Positions 20,211-27,904 of a DNA stretch of 48,349 nt are shown one piece after another. The DNA comes from Candidatus Doudnabacteria bacterium (GTDB taxonomy: Bacteria > Patescibacteriota > Doudnabacteria > UBA920 > VMFF01). The notes below the pieces were generated by a model. That model searched no databases and was not told the origin of the DNA. It was given only the letters and a program-made list of their open reading frames with translations. The translations under genes were made by a program, and so were the position numbers. The DNA is taken from assembly GCA_963840645.1 (NCBI GenBank), contig CAWIZL010000004.1, positions 153,121 through 201,469 on the forward strand, read 5' to 3'. Within the stretch, counting starts at the first letter, position 1. Each line of letters starts with the position of its first letter.

Positions 20211-21034
20211 CTATTGAGCAGAACCATTCGGAGTTATAAACTGGAAAGTGTGAGCAATGCTTAACAGTGCCTGCCAGTCAGGGCTGCTCTCGATTTGGCT
20301 GACAGTCAGCTCTACAGGAGCTTTACCATTATCGAGATTTTTCATATAGGCAGCCTCCAGATCAGATTCGCCACCTAACTCACTGAAGGTCTCACCGTCA
20401 GAGCTGGTGTAGTTCATTTCAATTTTGTCCCCGCGACTGTTAAAAGCGACAAGCTCTAAGCTTACACCAGGGCCTCAACCCCGTGTGCTACAAACACGTC
20501 AACCTTGCTCGAACCCGTGGGGATTACTACATCGTAAACTTTGTAGCCAGTATCAGAGGCTGGGTCTGTGTTGCCTGAATCGGGAAAAGAACCACCAACC
20601 GGCGTATTTTCTAAAGCGGTTTTTTCATTTGCAAGATCTTGTCGGGTTACAGGGTTTGGGTAATCGTAATTAGGGCTTACGGGGAAGTAGTCCGCCGAAG
20701 TAACCCTAACACTAATGAAAGATCCTTGCAGTGGAGATGACGAGAGCCCGGAATCTAGCGACTGTATTTGAGAATCGTCTTCGGTGGTTTTGCCTGATGC
20801 CAAATTAAATTCCCCGTTGAGGTAGTCTTGCGGAGGGTACTTAAATTGAAACCCGTAAGTGGTGTTTGTGTAGGTTTTCCAATTGGCCGTCGCGTCTGGT
20901 GTTGGGGTAGGTGTCTGAGTGGTGGTTTGTGCAACTGATGTTGCGGCAGGTGTTTGGCTGGAAATCTGCGCGGAAGAATTGCATCCAGCAGCAATCAATA
21001 TAACAACTGGGATACCGAGTAGGAACTTTTTCAT
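20211..21034 (-). CDS. CPR lipoprotein (WKTYTN..YGF.FKYP, PsbP-like family), frameshifted near 20465
   Basis: Lipobox IAAGC, Thr/Pro linker and WKTYTNTTYGFQFKYP. The ORF at 20211-20417 supplies the family-typical end (SIAHTFQF). Confidence 0.75.
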
Positions 21035-21062
21035 TTTTTCAGTATTACTGGTTGAGGATGCT

Positions 21063-21907
21063 CTAACTACCAGCTGACCAATTCAAGTCAGTGTTATTCT
21101 TCCACCCAGAAATATGTAGGTCGCTGGAGTTATTTTGCTCGTAGGTGGTGATGGCTTTGCTGGCCAGGTCAACAACGAAGATTGTCGCCGCGTCCATGCT
21201 GACGCACCATCATTACCGTAGTACCCCTGAACGACAGCAACCTTGCTCTGATCGGGAGAAAACTTGATGTCGCCGACGTACGGGAGTTGACCATTTAAGG
21301 AAGCAGGTACACCTGGGAGAGCAACTGTTTCATCAGATTTCGTCGCGGTGTTCAAAATGTTCAAGGTATATGTAGTTGCACCATACTGAGTTCCTTTTGC
21401 AGTAGAAGAATAGGCAATGTACTGAAGGTTTGGAGTCCAATCAAGCCCAGCTGTGGCTGGATTAGCCAATGTTGTGACGGTATCGTTCTGGAGGTTCAGC
21501 ATATCAACTATGCCGTTATAAGCGAGGTCTCCTATACCGATCTCGGGGGTAACAACGAATAAAACTTCCTGGCTATTCCCTGCCTCAAACTGCACGACAC
21601 CCGAGGTGCTATTGTAGTCACCTGGCTCTTGGTTTGCGACTGTTGCCACTTTTTTTCCGTTTGCAAATAGGTTTAGGTCTTGCTCCCCTGACCCGTCTGC
21701 GCTTGGGGTTAAAGTAAATGTCATGCTGGGCATTGCACCCAGTGCCACTGTTGGGCTTGGCATTGGGCTAGGAGTGGACGTTGGCGTTACAGTTGCAGTT
21801 TGAGCAGCTGGAGTTACGACAGGTGTCTGGCTAGAAACTGGCTGTGACGAGTTGCAACCAGCGGCGATCAGCACAAGGACGGGCAGTGCGAGTATAAAGC
21901 TTTTCAT
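21063..21907 (-). CDS. Lipoprotein with beta-propeller-like (TolB-type) repeats, frameshifted near 21200
   Basis: Lipobox IAAGC, DWTPNLQYIAY and IKFSPDQSKVAV. An alternate frame gives the C-terminus ATIFVVDLASKAITTY...WSAGS*. Confidence 0.7.
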
Positions 21908-21974
21908 GGATTGAGATTATTTAATTGCCTATATTGTGACACGAATGACACATTTAAACAAATTTGCTTCTTGT

Positions 21975-22232
21975 TTATAAAAATCTTTTGAACTCTTCTA
22001 CCAAATCATCGCCACCCATCGCGCGCAACTCTTTGACTATTTCCATCTGCACGTGGAGTTCTTTATGCCTCGGAATCATTATAAAATGAGGCTGGGTAGA
22101 ATTCAGCCTGTCTGTTATTTTCTGAGGTGGAAAGTATTTATCGTGGTTGCCGCTGCGCTTGCCGTTCTCGAAAAAACCTAACTTTTTCAAAGCACGAATA
22201 CACTGCCTCGTGTTGAAGTTAAATTCTCCCAT
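21975..22232 (-). CDS. hicA: HicA-like toxin (mRNA interferase)
   Basis: IRALKKLGF...RSGNHDKY...IPRHKEL; 85 aa; next to a HicB-like gene. Confidence 0.75.
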   Translation of the reverse strand: MGEFNFNTRQCIRALKKLGFFENGKRSGNHDKYFPPQKITDRLNSTQPHFIMIPRHKELHVQMEIVKELRAMGGDDLVEEFKRFL

Positions 22233-22240
22233 GTAAAAAA

Positions 22241-22558
22241 CTACGCGGCTCTCAGCTGAGCCTCATACTGAACAACTGGCACTCCTGTGAATTTCAATTG
22301 GTTGTAAACCATGTCAGCCTGACTTTTTGGCACATCGAAGTACGTCAGCACGGCATCATTGACCATACTGAGCAGTTCTTCTTGGGTTTGTGCCTGCGTG
22401 ATCAACCCTGGCAGTTCTGGAACAGAGGCTGCAAACCAGCCGTCTTTGGTAAGGCGAACCTGCAAATTCAAAGTACGGGGAATGTGGTATTCCCTAATGA
22501 GGTCTTCTGAATCCTTTGCGGGGTATATAGCCCTATAAATTTTATGTAGCGTTGTCAT
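22241..22558 (-). CDS. hicB: HicB-like antitoxin
   Basis: DGWFAASVPELPGLITQAQTQEELLSMVNDAV; ATG at 22558. Confidence 0.8.
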   Translation of the reverse strand: MTTLHKIYRAIYPAKDSEDLIREYHIPRTLNLQVRLTKDGWFAASVPELPGLITQAQTQEELLSMVNDAVLTYFDVPKSQADMVYNQLKFTGVPVVQYEAQLRAA

Positions 22559-22581
22559 ATTCCATTTCTTTATCCAAATAC

Positions 22582-22611
22582 ATAATACCCTATTTAGATA
22601 TCCACTGTCAA
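22582..22611 (-). promoter_or_regulatory. Sigma70 promoter of hicB-hicA
   Basis: TTGACA-18 nt-TATTAT. Confidence 0.65.
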
Positions 22612-22659
22612 TGTTTTGCGTTGGCTTTCGTTTAACCAGGCGCTGGAATGAAGTGTACT

Positions 22660-22764
22660 GGCCAAACAAAAAGTACGCTGCCAACGAGCTTCGAGTTTCG
22701 TTTCTTTCGCGAAGCGAAAGCCAAGAAACGAGCCGCAAGGAGGCAGCGTACTTTTTGTTTGGCC
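22660..22764. repeat. Long palindromic element, copy 2 (possible terminator of the r-protein operon)
   Basis: Outer stem GGCCAAACAAAAAGTACGCTGCC/GGCAGCGTACTTTTTGTTTGGCC, 12 nt after the rpsI stop. Confidence 0.9.
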
Positions 22765-22776
22765 TACTAGTTCAAT

Positions 22777-23353
22777 CTAGCGTTTCGCCCACTGTGGGCC
22801 ACGTCTTGCGCGCTTCAAGCCTGGCTTCTTGCGTTCCTTCATGCGGCTGTCGCGGGTCAAAAGGTCATTCTTCTTCAGCAACCTTGCGGAACTCTGGGTC
22901 GTGCACCGAAATCGCAATTGCAATGCCGTGGGCAATTGCCTCTGCCTGAGAGTGCTTGCCGCCGCCCTTGACGTTGATGAACGCAAAGTACGACTTCTCT
23001 GTGCCGGTAACCTGCATTGGCCTGACCGCTGCATTGATGTACAGCTCGTAGCCGCCAAAGTAGTCTGGGAGGGTCTTGTGGTTCACCGTACTCGCACCTG
23101 CACCGTGGAACAGGCGGATGTTTGCAACTGCTGTCTTGCGACGACCTGTTGCAAAGGTGTAGCGCCCGAGAGCTGCCGCATCTTTTGCCACATGTGGAGC
23201 ATGCGCTGCTGCAGCCTCTGCCTTGTGCTCTGGTGCTGCCGCTGCCTCAGCCTTAGGAGCTGGAACTTTCTTAGGTGCAGCAGGCTTCTTTGCAGCTGCT
23301 GGCTTCTTCGCCACTTTCTCTTTCGCTTCTTTCGCTGTCTTCGTTTCTGCCAT
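22777..23353 (-). CDS. rpsI: 30S ribosomal protein S9 with an Ala/Lys-rich N-terminal extension; frameshift near 22870
   Basis: ATGRRKTAVA and VKGGGKHSQAEAIAHGIA; a second frame gives LLTRDSRMKERKKPGLKRARRGPQWAKR. Confidence 0.95.
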
Positions 23354-23357
23354 AAAA

Positions 23358-23780
23358 TTACGCTTTCTTATCAACTTTAAACTCGTGCTCTGTGCCGAGC
23401 ACCATCCTGAGGCGGCGCATCTGCAGCTTGCGCAGCTTGTTGTCGTCAATCATGCTGAACACGGCAGCGCGCAGAACCTTGTCTGGCTGGTCAACAATCA
23501 TGTCTTTCAAAGACTTCTCGCGCAGGCCGCCTGGGTAGCCGCTGTAGTGGTAGTACTTCTTCTGGGCAATTTTGTTGCCGGTAAACTTCATCTTGCCGAC
23601 GTTTGTTGCAACGACAAAGTCGCCGTTATCCAAGTGGTGTGTAAAGTCGCGCTTGAGCTTGCCGCGGAGTAGGTTTGCAATCTTTGTTGCAACTCGACCC
23701 ATTGAATTTTCAGAGGCATCAACCTCGATCCACTGCCTGACTGCCTTAACCTTCGGAATGTGTGACTTCTGTGATTTCAT
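23358..23780 (-). CDS. rplM: 50S ribosomal protein L13
   Basis: GRVATKIANLLRGK, DNGDFVV and YYHYSGYPGGL. Confidence 0.97.
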   Translation of the reverse strand: MKSQKSHIPKVKAVRQWIEVDASENSMGRVATKIANLLRGKLKRDFTHHLDNGDFVVATNVGKMKFTGNKIAQKKYYHYSGYPGGLREKSLKDMIVDQPDKVLRAAVFSMIDDNKLRKLQMRRLRMVLGTEHEFKVDKKA

Positions 23781-23814
23781 AAGTTTGCTAATAGTCTGCC
23801 CAAAACTGGACGAG

Positions 23815-24162
23815 CTAGACGAGCTCCACCAGGTACTTGTTCATGCCGTCCTTGTACTTGCCAGAAATAATCACGCGGGTGTAGCCACCGACGCGCTCCT
23901 TGAAGCGCGGAGCCAGAACCTCAATGACCTTCTTTGCAGCGTTCTTGGTGAGGCCAGCGTACACGAGGCGCTGGGCGTGCAGCGTGCCTGCCTTGCCCTT
24001 GGTGATCATGCGGTCAACGTAGCTGCGAATTGCCTTTGCCTTTGCGGTAGTTGTCTCAATGCGCTCGTGCACAATGACAGACGATGCAACGCTGCGCAGC
24101 AGCTTGCGGCGCTGGTCATTATTCTTTCCGAGCTTCTTAACTTTCTTTACGTGGTGGCGCAT
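23815..24162 (-). CDS. rplQ: 50S ribosomal protein L17
   Basis: MRH, HERIETTTAKAK and RVGGYTRV. Confidence 0.97.
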   Translation of the reverse strand: MRHHVKKVKKLGKNNDQRRKLLRSVASSVIVHERIETTTAKAKAIRSYVDRMITKGKAGTLHAQRLVYAGLTKNAAKKVIEVLAPRFKERVGGYTRVIISGKYKDGMNKYLVELV

Positions 24163-24168
24163 AAAATG

Positions 24169-25092
24169 TTACTCCTGCACCTTTCCAGTTGCTGCCAAAA
24201 CCTCAGCGCGGGTCTTTTCGCCGAGGCCGTCTAGGTTGCCAATGTCTTCTGCTGACATTGCCTGGAGCTGGTCAATGGTTGTGATGCCGTTCTTCTCGAG
24301 CGCGTTCTGCGCACGTACAGAGAGGTTCAAGCTCTTCACAGAGCCATCGCCATCTGCTGCTGCAGGTTCGCCTGTTGCTGAAATTTCAGCACCTGGCTCT
24401 AGTGCTGGTGCATCTGTGATGAACATTCTGAAGTGGTCAACCAAAATGTGGGAAGCAATGTTCAGGGCTTCGCGGCCATCAATGGTGCCGTCTGTTTCCA
24501 AAGTTACCGTCAGGCGGTTGTAGTTTGTGAGCTGGCCAACGCGCATGTTCGTGACTGCAAAGTTCGCGTTCTTGATTGGCGAGTAGATTGCGTCGACGGC
24601 AATCATGCCAACCTCGTGCTTCTCGTGCTCGCGCTGTTCAACTGGCACGTATCCGCGACCCTGCTGCACGATGAGCTCCATGTCGAGCTCTGCTGTCTTG
24701 CTGCCAAGGGTTGCAATGTGCAGGTCTGGGTTGATGACCTCAACCAGGTCAGTGCCCTTGATGTCAGCCGCAGTAGCGTTGCGCTCGCCTTTCACCTTGA
24801 GCGAGATGCGCACTGGCTCGTCTGTGTGGACGCGCAAGCGGAGCTGCTTGAGGTTCAGGATGATCTGTACAACGTCTTCCTTGATGTTTGGAATGGTTGA
24901 AAACTCGTGGTCAACCCACTTCATTTTCACTGCCACGACAGCTGCACCTGGAATGGACGACAGCAGCACGCGCCTGAGCGCGTTGCCGACAGTATCGCCG
25001 TAGCCTGGGTACAGAGGTTCCATTACAAACGTGTACTGGTTCCCCTTCTGTTCAACTAGCTGGACCTGGTTTGGGAGCTGAATTGCTTCCAT
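24169..25092 (-). CDS. rpoA: RNA polymerase alpha subunit
   Basis: EPLYPGYGDTVGNALRRVLLSSIPG, HEFSTIPNIKEDV, VDAIYSP and the CTD motif LNLSVRAQNAL. Confidence 0.97.
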   Translation of the reverse strand: MEAIQLPNQVQLVEQKGNQYTFVMEPLYPGYGDTVGNALRRVLLSSIPGAAVVAVKMKWVDHEFSTIPNIKEDVVQIILNLKQLRLRVHTDEPVRISLKVKGERNATAADIKGTDLVEVINPDLHIATLGSKTAELDMELIVQQGRGYVPVEQREHEKHEVGMIAVDAIYSPIKNANFAVTNMRVGQLTNYNRLTVTLETDGTIDGREALNIASHILVDHFRMFITDAPALEPGAEISATGEPAAADGDGSVKSLNLSVRAQNALEKNGITTIDQLQAMSAEDIGNLDGLGEKTRAEVLAATGKVQE

Positions 25093-25200
25093 GTGTTTCA
25101 CTGTTGCTTTCGGTGTGGACGGATCCTAGTTCGTGTAACGTCCACGCCTTATAACAGTGTTCCTTTAATAATTGCTTAATGAAACGTTAATCGTGTCGTG

Positions 25201-25812
25201 CTACCTGCTGTAGTACTCAACGATCAACTGCGTATTGATCTTGTTATCAATCTGCTCGAGGCTCGGAACGCTCAGCACTTTGCCAGACAGCTCGTTTGCG
25301 TTGAGCTCCACCCAGTCCTGTGTCTTCGCGCTCTTCATTTTCTGGGCCTGGGCTTCCATGTACTTGCTGGCTTTCTTGCCTTGCCTGACTGCCACAACTT
25401 CGCCAACCTTTGTGCGGTACGATGGAATGTCTACGTTCTTGGCGTTCACCGTGAAGAATCCGTGTGATACCAGCTGGCGTGCCTGCGCCCGAGTTTCTGC
25501 AAAGCCGAGGCGGTACACAACGTTGTCCAATCGCATCTCGAGCATCTGCAGCAAGGTGTCACCGGTAACTGTCTTCTTCTTGCTCGCCTCTTCAAAGTAG
25601 CGGCGGAACTGCTTTTCCATTACCCCGTACGTCCACTTTGCCTTCTGTTTCTCGCGCAGCTGCGTGCCGTACTCTGAAACTCTGCCTGGCCTGCCCTGGC
25701 CGTGAACACCTGGGCGATAGTTGCGCTTTGATAGAACCTTGGCGTCTTTGGTTGTGAACGGCTCACCAAAGCGACGTGCCTTCTTGGCTTTTGGACCTGT
25801 GTAGCGTGCCAT
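25201..25812 (-). CDS. rpsD: 30S ribosomal protein S4
   Basis: MARYTGP, SEYGTQLREKQK, LEMRLDNVVYRLGFA and IVEYYSR. Confidence 0.98.
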   Translation of the reverse strand: MARYTGPKAKKARRFGEPFTTKDAKVLSKRNYRPGVHGQGRPGRVSEYGTQLREKQKAKWTYGVMEKQFRRYFEEASKKKTVTGDTLLQMLEMRLDNVVYRLGFAETRAQARQLVSHGFFTVNAKNVDIPSYRTKVGEVVAVRQGKKASKYMEAQAQKMKSAKTQDWVELNANELSGKVLSVPSLEQIDNKINTQLIVEYYSR

Positions 25813-26264
25813 TAGACTCTCCTCACTTTCTTAGGCCGCACTCCACCGTGTGGAATTGGCGTCTCATCTTTAATGGAAAGCACTGTGAGGCCTGAGCCCT
25901 GCAGCGCGCGAATTGCTGACTCACGTCCAGAGCCAACGCCCTTAACGAACACGTCAACTTCCTGCAGGCCGCGCTCTTTGACGCGGGCAATCGTGTCTTC
26001 CATTGTCTTCTGCGCAGCGTACGGCGTTGACTTCTTTGAACCCTTGAAGCCAACCAAACCAGCAGAGCCCCACGCAATGACATTGCCAGTGGTGTCTGTG
26101 ACTGAAATGATGGTGTTGTTGTACGTTGACTGCACGTAGACCATGCCCTTGGCAACTTTAGCCTTTGCACCTTTGCGGGCGCGCTTAGGAGTGGCGACAG
26201 CTGTTGTAGTTGCTGCTGCTTTCTCTTCGGCTGCTGGTGTCTGATTTTCTTCTGCTGTGTCCAT
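25812..26264 (-). CDS. rpsK: 30S ribosomal protein S11
   Basis: STYNNTII, GFKGSKKSTPYAAQ, GSGRESAIRAL and TPIPHGGVRP. Confidence 0.98.
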   Translation of the reverse strand: MDTAEENQTPAAEEKAAATTTAVATPKRARKGAKAKVAKGMVYVQSTYNNTIISVTDTTGNVIAWGSAGLVGFKGSKKSTPYAAQKTMEDTIARVKERGLQEVDVFVKGVGSGRESAIRALQGSGLTVLSIKDETPIPHGGVRPKKVRRV

Positions 26265-26301
26265 ATGGAAGTATAAGTATCAAGTATAAGTATGGCGAGG
26301 A

Positions 26302-26691
26302 CTAGGTCTTGTCTGATGACTTCTTGCGTCCTGATCCTGCTGTGCGTCTCACGTTGCCACGGCGCGTTCTGGAGTTAGTCTTTGTGCGCTGGCCACGTGC
26401 TGGCAAACCTTTGATGTGGCGGCTGCCGCGGTAGGAACCAATTTCCTTGAGCCTCTTGATGTTGATCATGATCTGCTGGCGGAGCTGGCCTTCTACCTTG
26501 AACTTCTTGTCTACGTAGTCACGCAGCTTGTTGAGCTCGATTTCTGTGAGGTCTTTCGTGCGCTTGTTTGGGTCAACGCCAGTTTCCTTCAGAATTTTCT
26601 TTGAGAGCGGGGGCCTAATGCCGTAAATGTAGGGCAGTGATGCCTCAATTCTTTTCTCGTTTGGAATGTTTACGCCTGAAATTCTTGCCAT
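26302..26691 (-). CDS. rpsM: 30S ribosomal protein S13
   Basis: [10 protein letters not shown] and [24 protein letters not shown]. Confidence 0.98.
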   Translation of the reverse strand: MARISGVNIPNEKRIEASLPYIYGIRPPLSKKILKETGVDPNKRTKDLTEIELNKLRDYVDKKFKVEGQLRQQIMINIKRLKEIGSYRGSRHIKGLPARGQRTKTNSRTRRGNVRRTAGSGRKKSSDKT

Positions 26692-26709
26692 AAGTATGAG
26701 TAAATTGAA

Positions 26710-26826
26710 TTAACCCTGGCGCTGCTTGTGCTTAGGGTTCTTTGGGCAGATAACAAAAAGCTTTCCGCTCCTGCGGACAATTTTGCAGTCTTTGCACATT
26801 GGCTTGATGCTTGAACGTACCTTCAT
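26710..26826 (-). CDS. rpmJ: 50S ribosomal protein L36 (Zn-binding type); not in the ORF track
   Basis: Manual translation: [38 protein letters not shown]. Confidence 0.96.
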   Translation of the reverse strand: MKVRSSIKPMCKDCKIVRRSGKLFVICPKNPKHKQRQG

Positions 26827-26837
26827 TGTAATTCTTA

Positions 26838-27092
26838 TTAGTTTGCGTAGCTGCGCATTCTGCGCGTAATCCTGCCCCGGGTAAGGTCGTACGGCGTGAC
26901 CTCAACGGTGACCCTGTCTCCTGGCAGCACTCGAATCTTGTGGACGCGGAGCTTGCCAGCAATGTGCGCGAGGATAATCTGTCCAGAATCAATCTGTACA
27001 CGAAAAAGAGCATTGGGCAGGTTCTCGATGACCTTGCCCTCTAGCTCTATGACTTCCTTACTTTTGTCCGTCTCTTGAGCGCTGGTAGGTAT
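26838..27092 (-). CDS. infA: Translation initiation factor IF-1; no canonical start codon, ATA at 27092 proposed; not in the ORF track
   Basis: Manual translation: ...[73 protein letters not shown]. Confidence 0.93.
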   Translation of the reverse strand: MPTSAQETDKSKEVIELEGKVIENLPNALFRVQIDSGQIILAHIAGKLRVHKIRVLPGDRVTVEVTPYDLTRGRITRRMRSYAN

Positions 27093-27154
27093 GCTATTTA
27101 GCTTTAAACTTGGAAAATCTTTAAGAGATTCTGTGCAAATCTATTTGCTGGGTA

Positions 27155-27183
27155 ATTGTAACAAATGGCATGAGAAGTGTCAA
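27155..27183 (-). promoter_or_regulatory. Sigma70 promoter of the infA...rpsI operon
   Basis: TTGACA-17 nt-TACAAT with an extended TG. Confidence 0.8.
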
Positions 27184-27191
27184 ACTTCAAT

Positions 27192-27228
27192 AAAAAACGA
27201 GCGGCCAACTGGTGTCAGTCAACCGCCC
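27192..27228 (-). terminator. Intrinsic terminator upstream of the infA promoter
   Basis: GGGCGGTTGACTG-ACAC-CAGTTGGCCGCTC-G-TTTTTT. Confidence 0.75.
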
Positions 27229-27339
27229 TTAAGGTTTGCGCAACGTGGCGCTGCCTAAACCTCTTCATCGACATTGATTCGAAGGTACACCACCACCCAT
27301 CAACGCACGTGTCAAAAAGAACCTCCTGCTACCGGTACG

Positions 27340-27882
27340 TTACCCAATCTTTTTTAGTTCTGCATTTAAATCCTTGTAATTTGGAAGGCTCTTTGAAACC
27401 AAGGCCCAAAACCTTTTTGAGTGGTTCAGCTCAGCCAGGTGGCACAGCTCGTGCACCACAATGTAGTCCACCAATCTTTCTGGCAGCGCTGCTATCCTGT
27501 AGTTAAAGTTCAAGTTGCCTTTTCCAGAGCAGCTTCCCCAGCGTGTCTTCTGGCTCCTTATGCTCACCTTCCTGAACTTAAACTTGTAAACCTCATTGAA
27601 AAATTCAACTTTAGCGTACGCCAAGAGGAGCGCCCTATTTTTGTTCTGAGCGTAATCTAGCTGCGTGCCCTTCGAGAAAGCTTTGAAGTAATCTATTTTA
27701 CCCAAAACCCACCGCGATTTTTGAACTATGAACCCCTCGATAGTTTCTGGACTGGCAGATGGTGGCGCAGTCACCACAAAGGCACCCCCACGGTAAACCG
27801 ATAGGCGCAGGTGCTTGGCACGGTTGCTCAGCTTGAGGGTGTAGCCAACTTTTCTGTTGTGCAGCTCAATGCTCTTATCCAA
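27340..27882 (-). CDS. YgjP/DUF45-like zinc metallohydrolase (M48-related)
   Basis: RSQKTRWGSCS, LNFNYR and YIVVHELCHLAELNHSKRFW. Confidence 0.92.
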   Translation of the reverse strand: MDKSIELHNRKVGYTLKLSNRAKHLRLSVYRGGAFVVTAPPSASPETIEGFIVQKSRWVLGKIDYFKAFSKGTQLDYAQNKNRALLLAYAKVEFFNEVYKFKFRKVSIRSQKTRWGSCSGKGNLNFNYRIAALPERLVDYIVVHELCHLAELNHSKRFWALVSKSLPNYKDLNAELKKIG

Positions 27883-27904
27883 TGTTTTCTAAATTTTTCG
27901 TGCG

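Larger units (their letters stand above)
20035..22797. mobile_element. Small integrase-less genomic islet in the rpsI 3' end (two lipoproteins plus hicB-hicA)
   Basis: Bounded by the 21-bp direct repeats, visibly AT-richer than its flanks, carries a TA module, and has no recombinase ORF. Confidence 0.7.

Noticed and set aside
19926-22764. Palindromes as classical integron attC sites (ends GCCAAAC...GTTTGGC resemble RYYYAAC...GTTRRRY)
   Set aside because: Each end has a mismatch to the consensus, the outer stems are perfect with no unpaired spacer or extrahelical bases, there is no intI in the window, and copy 3 lacks AAC/GTT.
26269-26293. AAGTAT tandem repeats between rpsM and rpsK
   Set aside because: Only four short units. 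They include TATACT boxes on the minus strand, but the 5-nt spacing to the ATG does not fit the leaderless pattern well enough to call.
26732-27078. ORF-track calls 26732-27013 and 26896-27078
   Set aside because: Wrong frames; the real genes here are infA and rpmJ.
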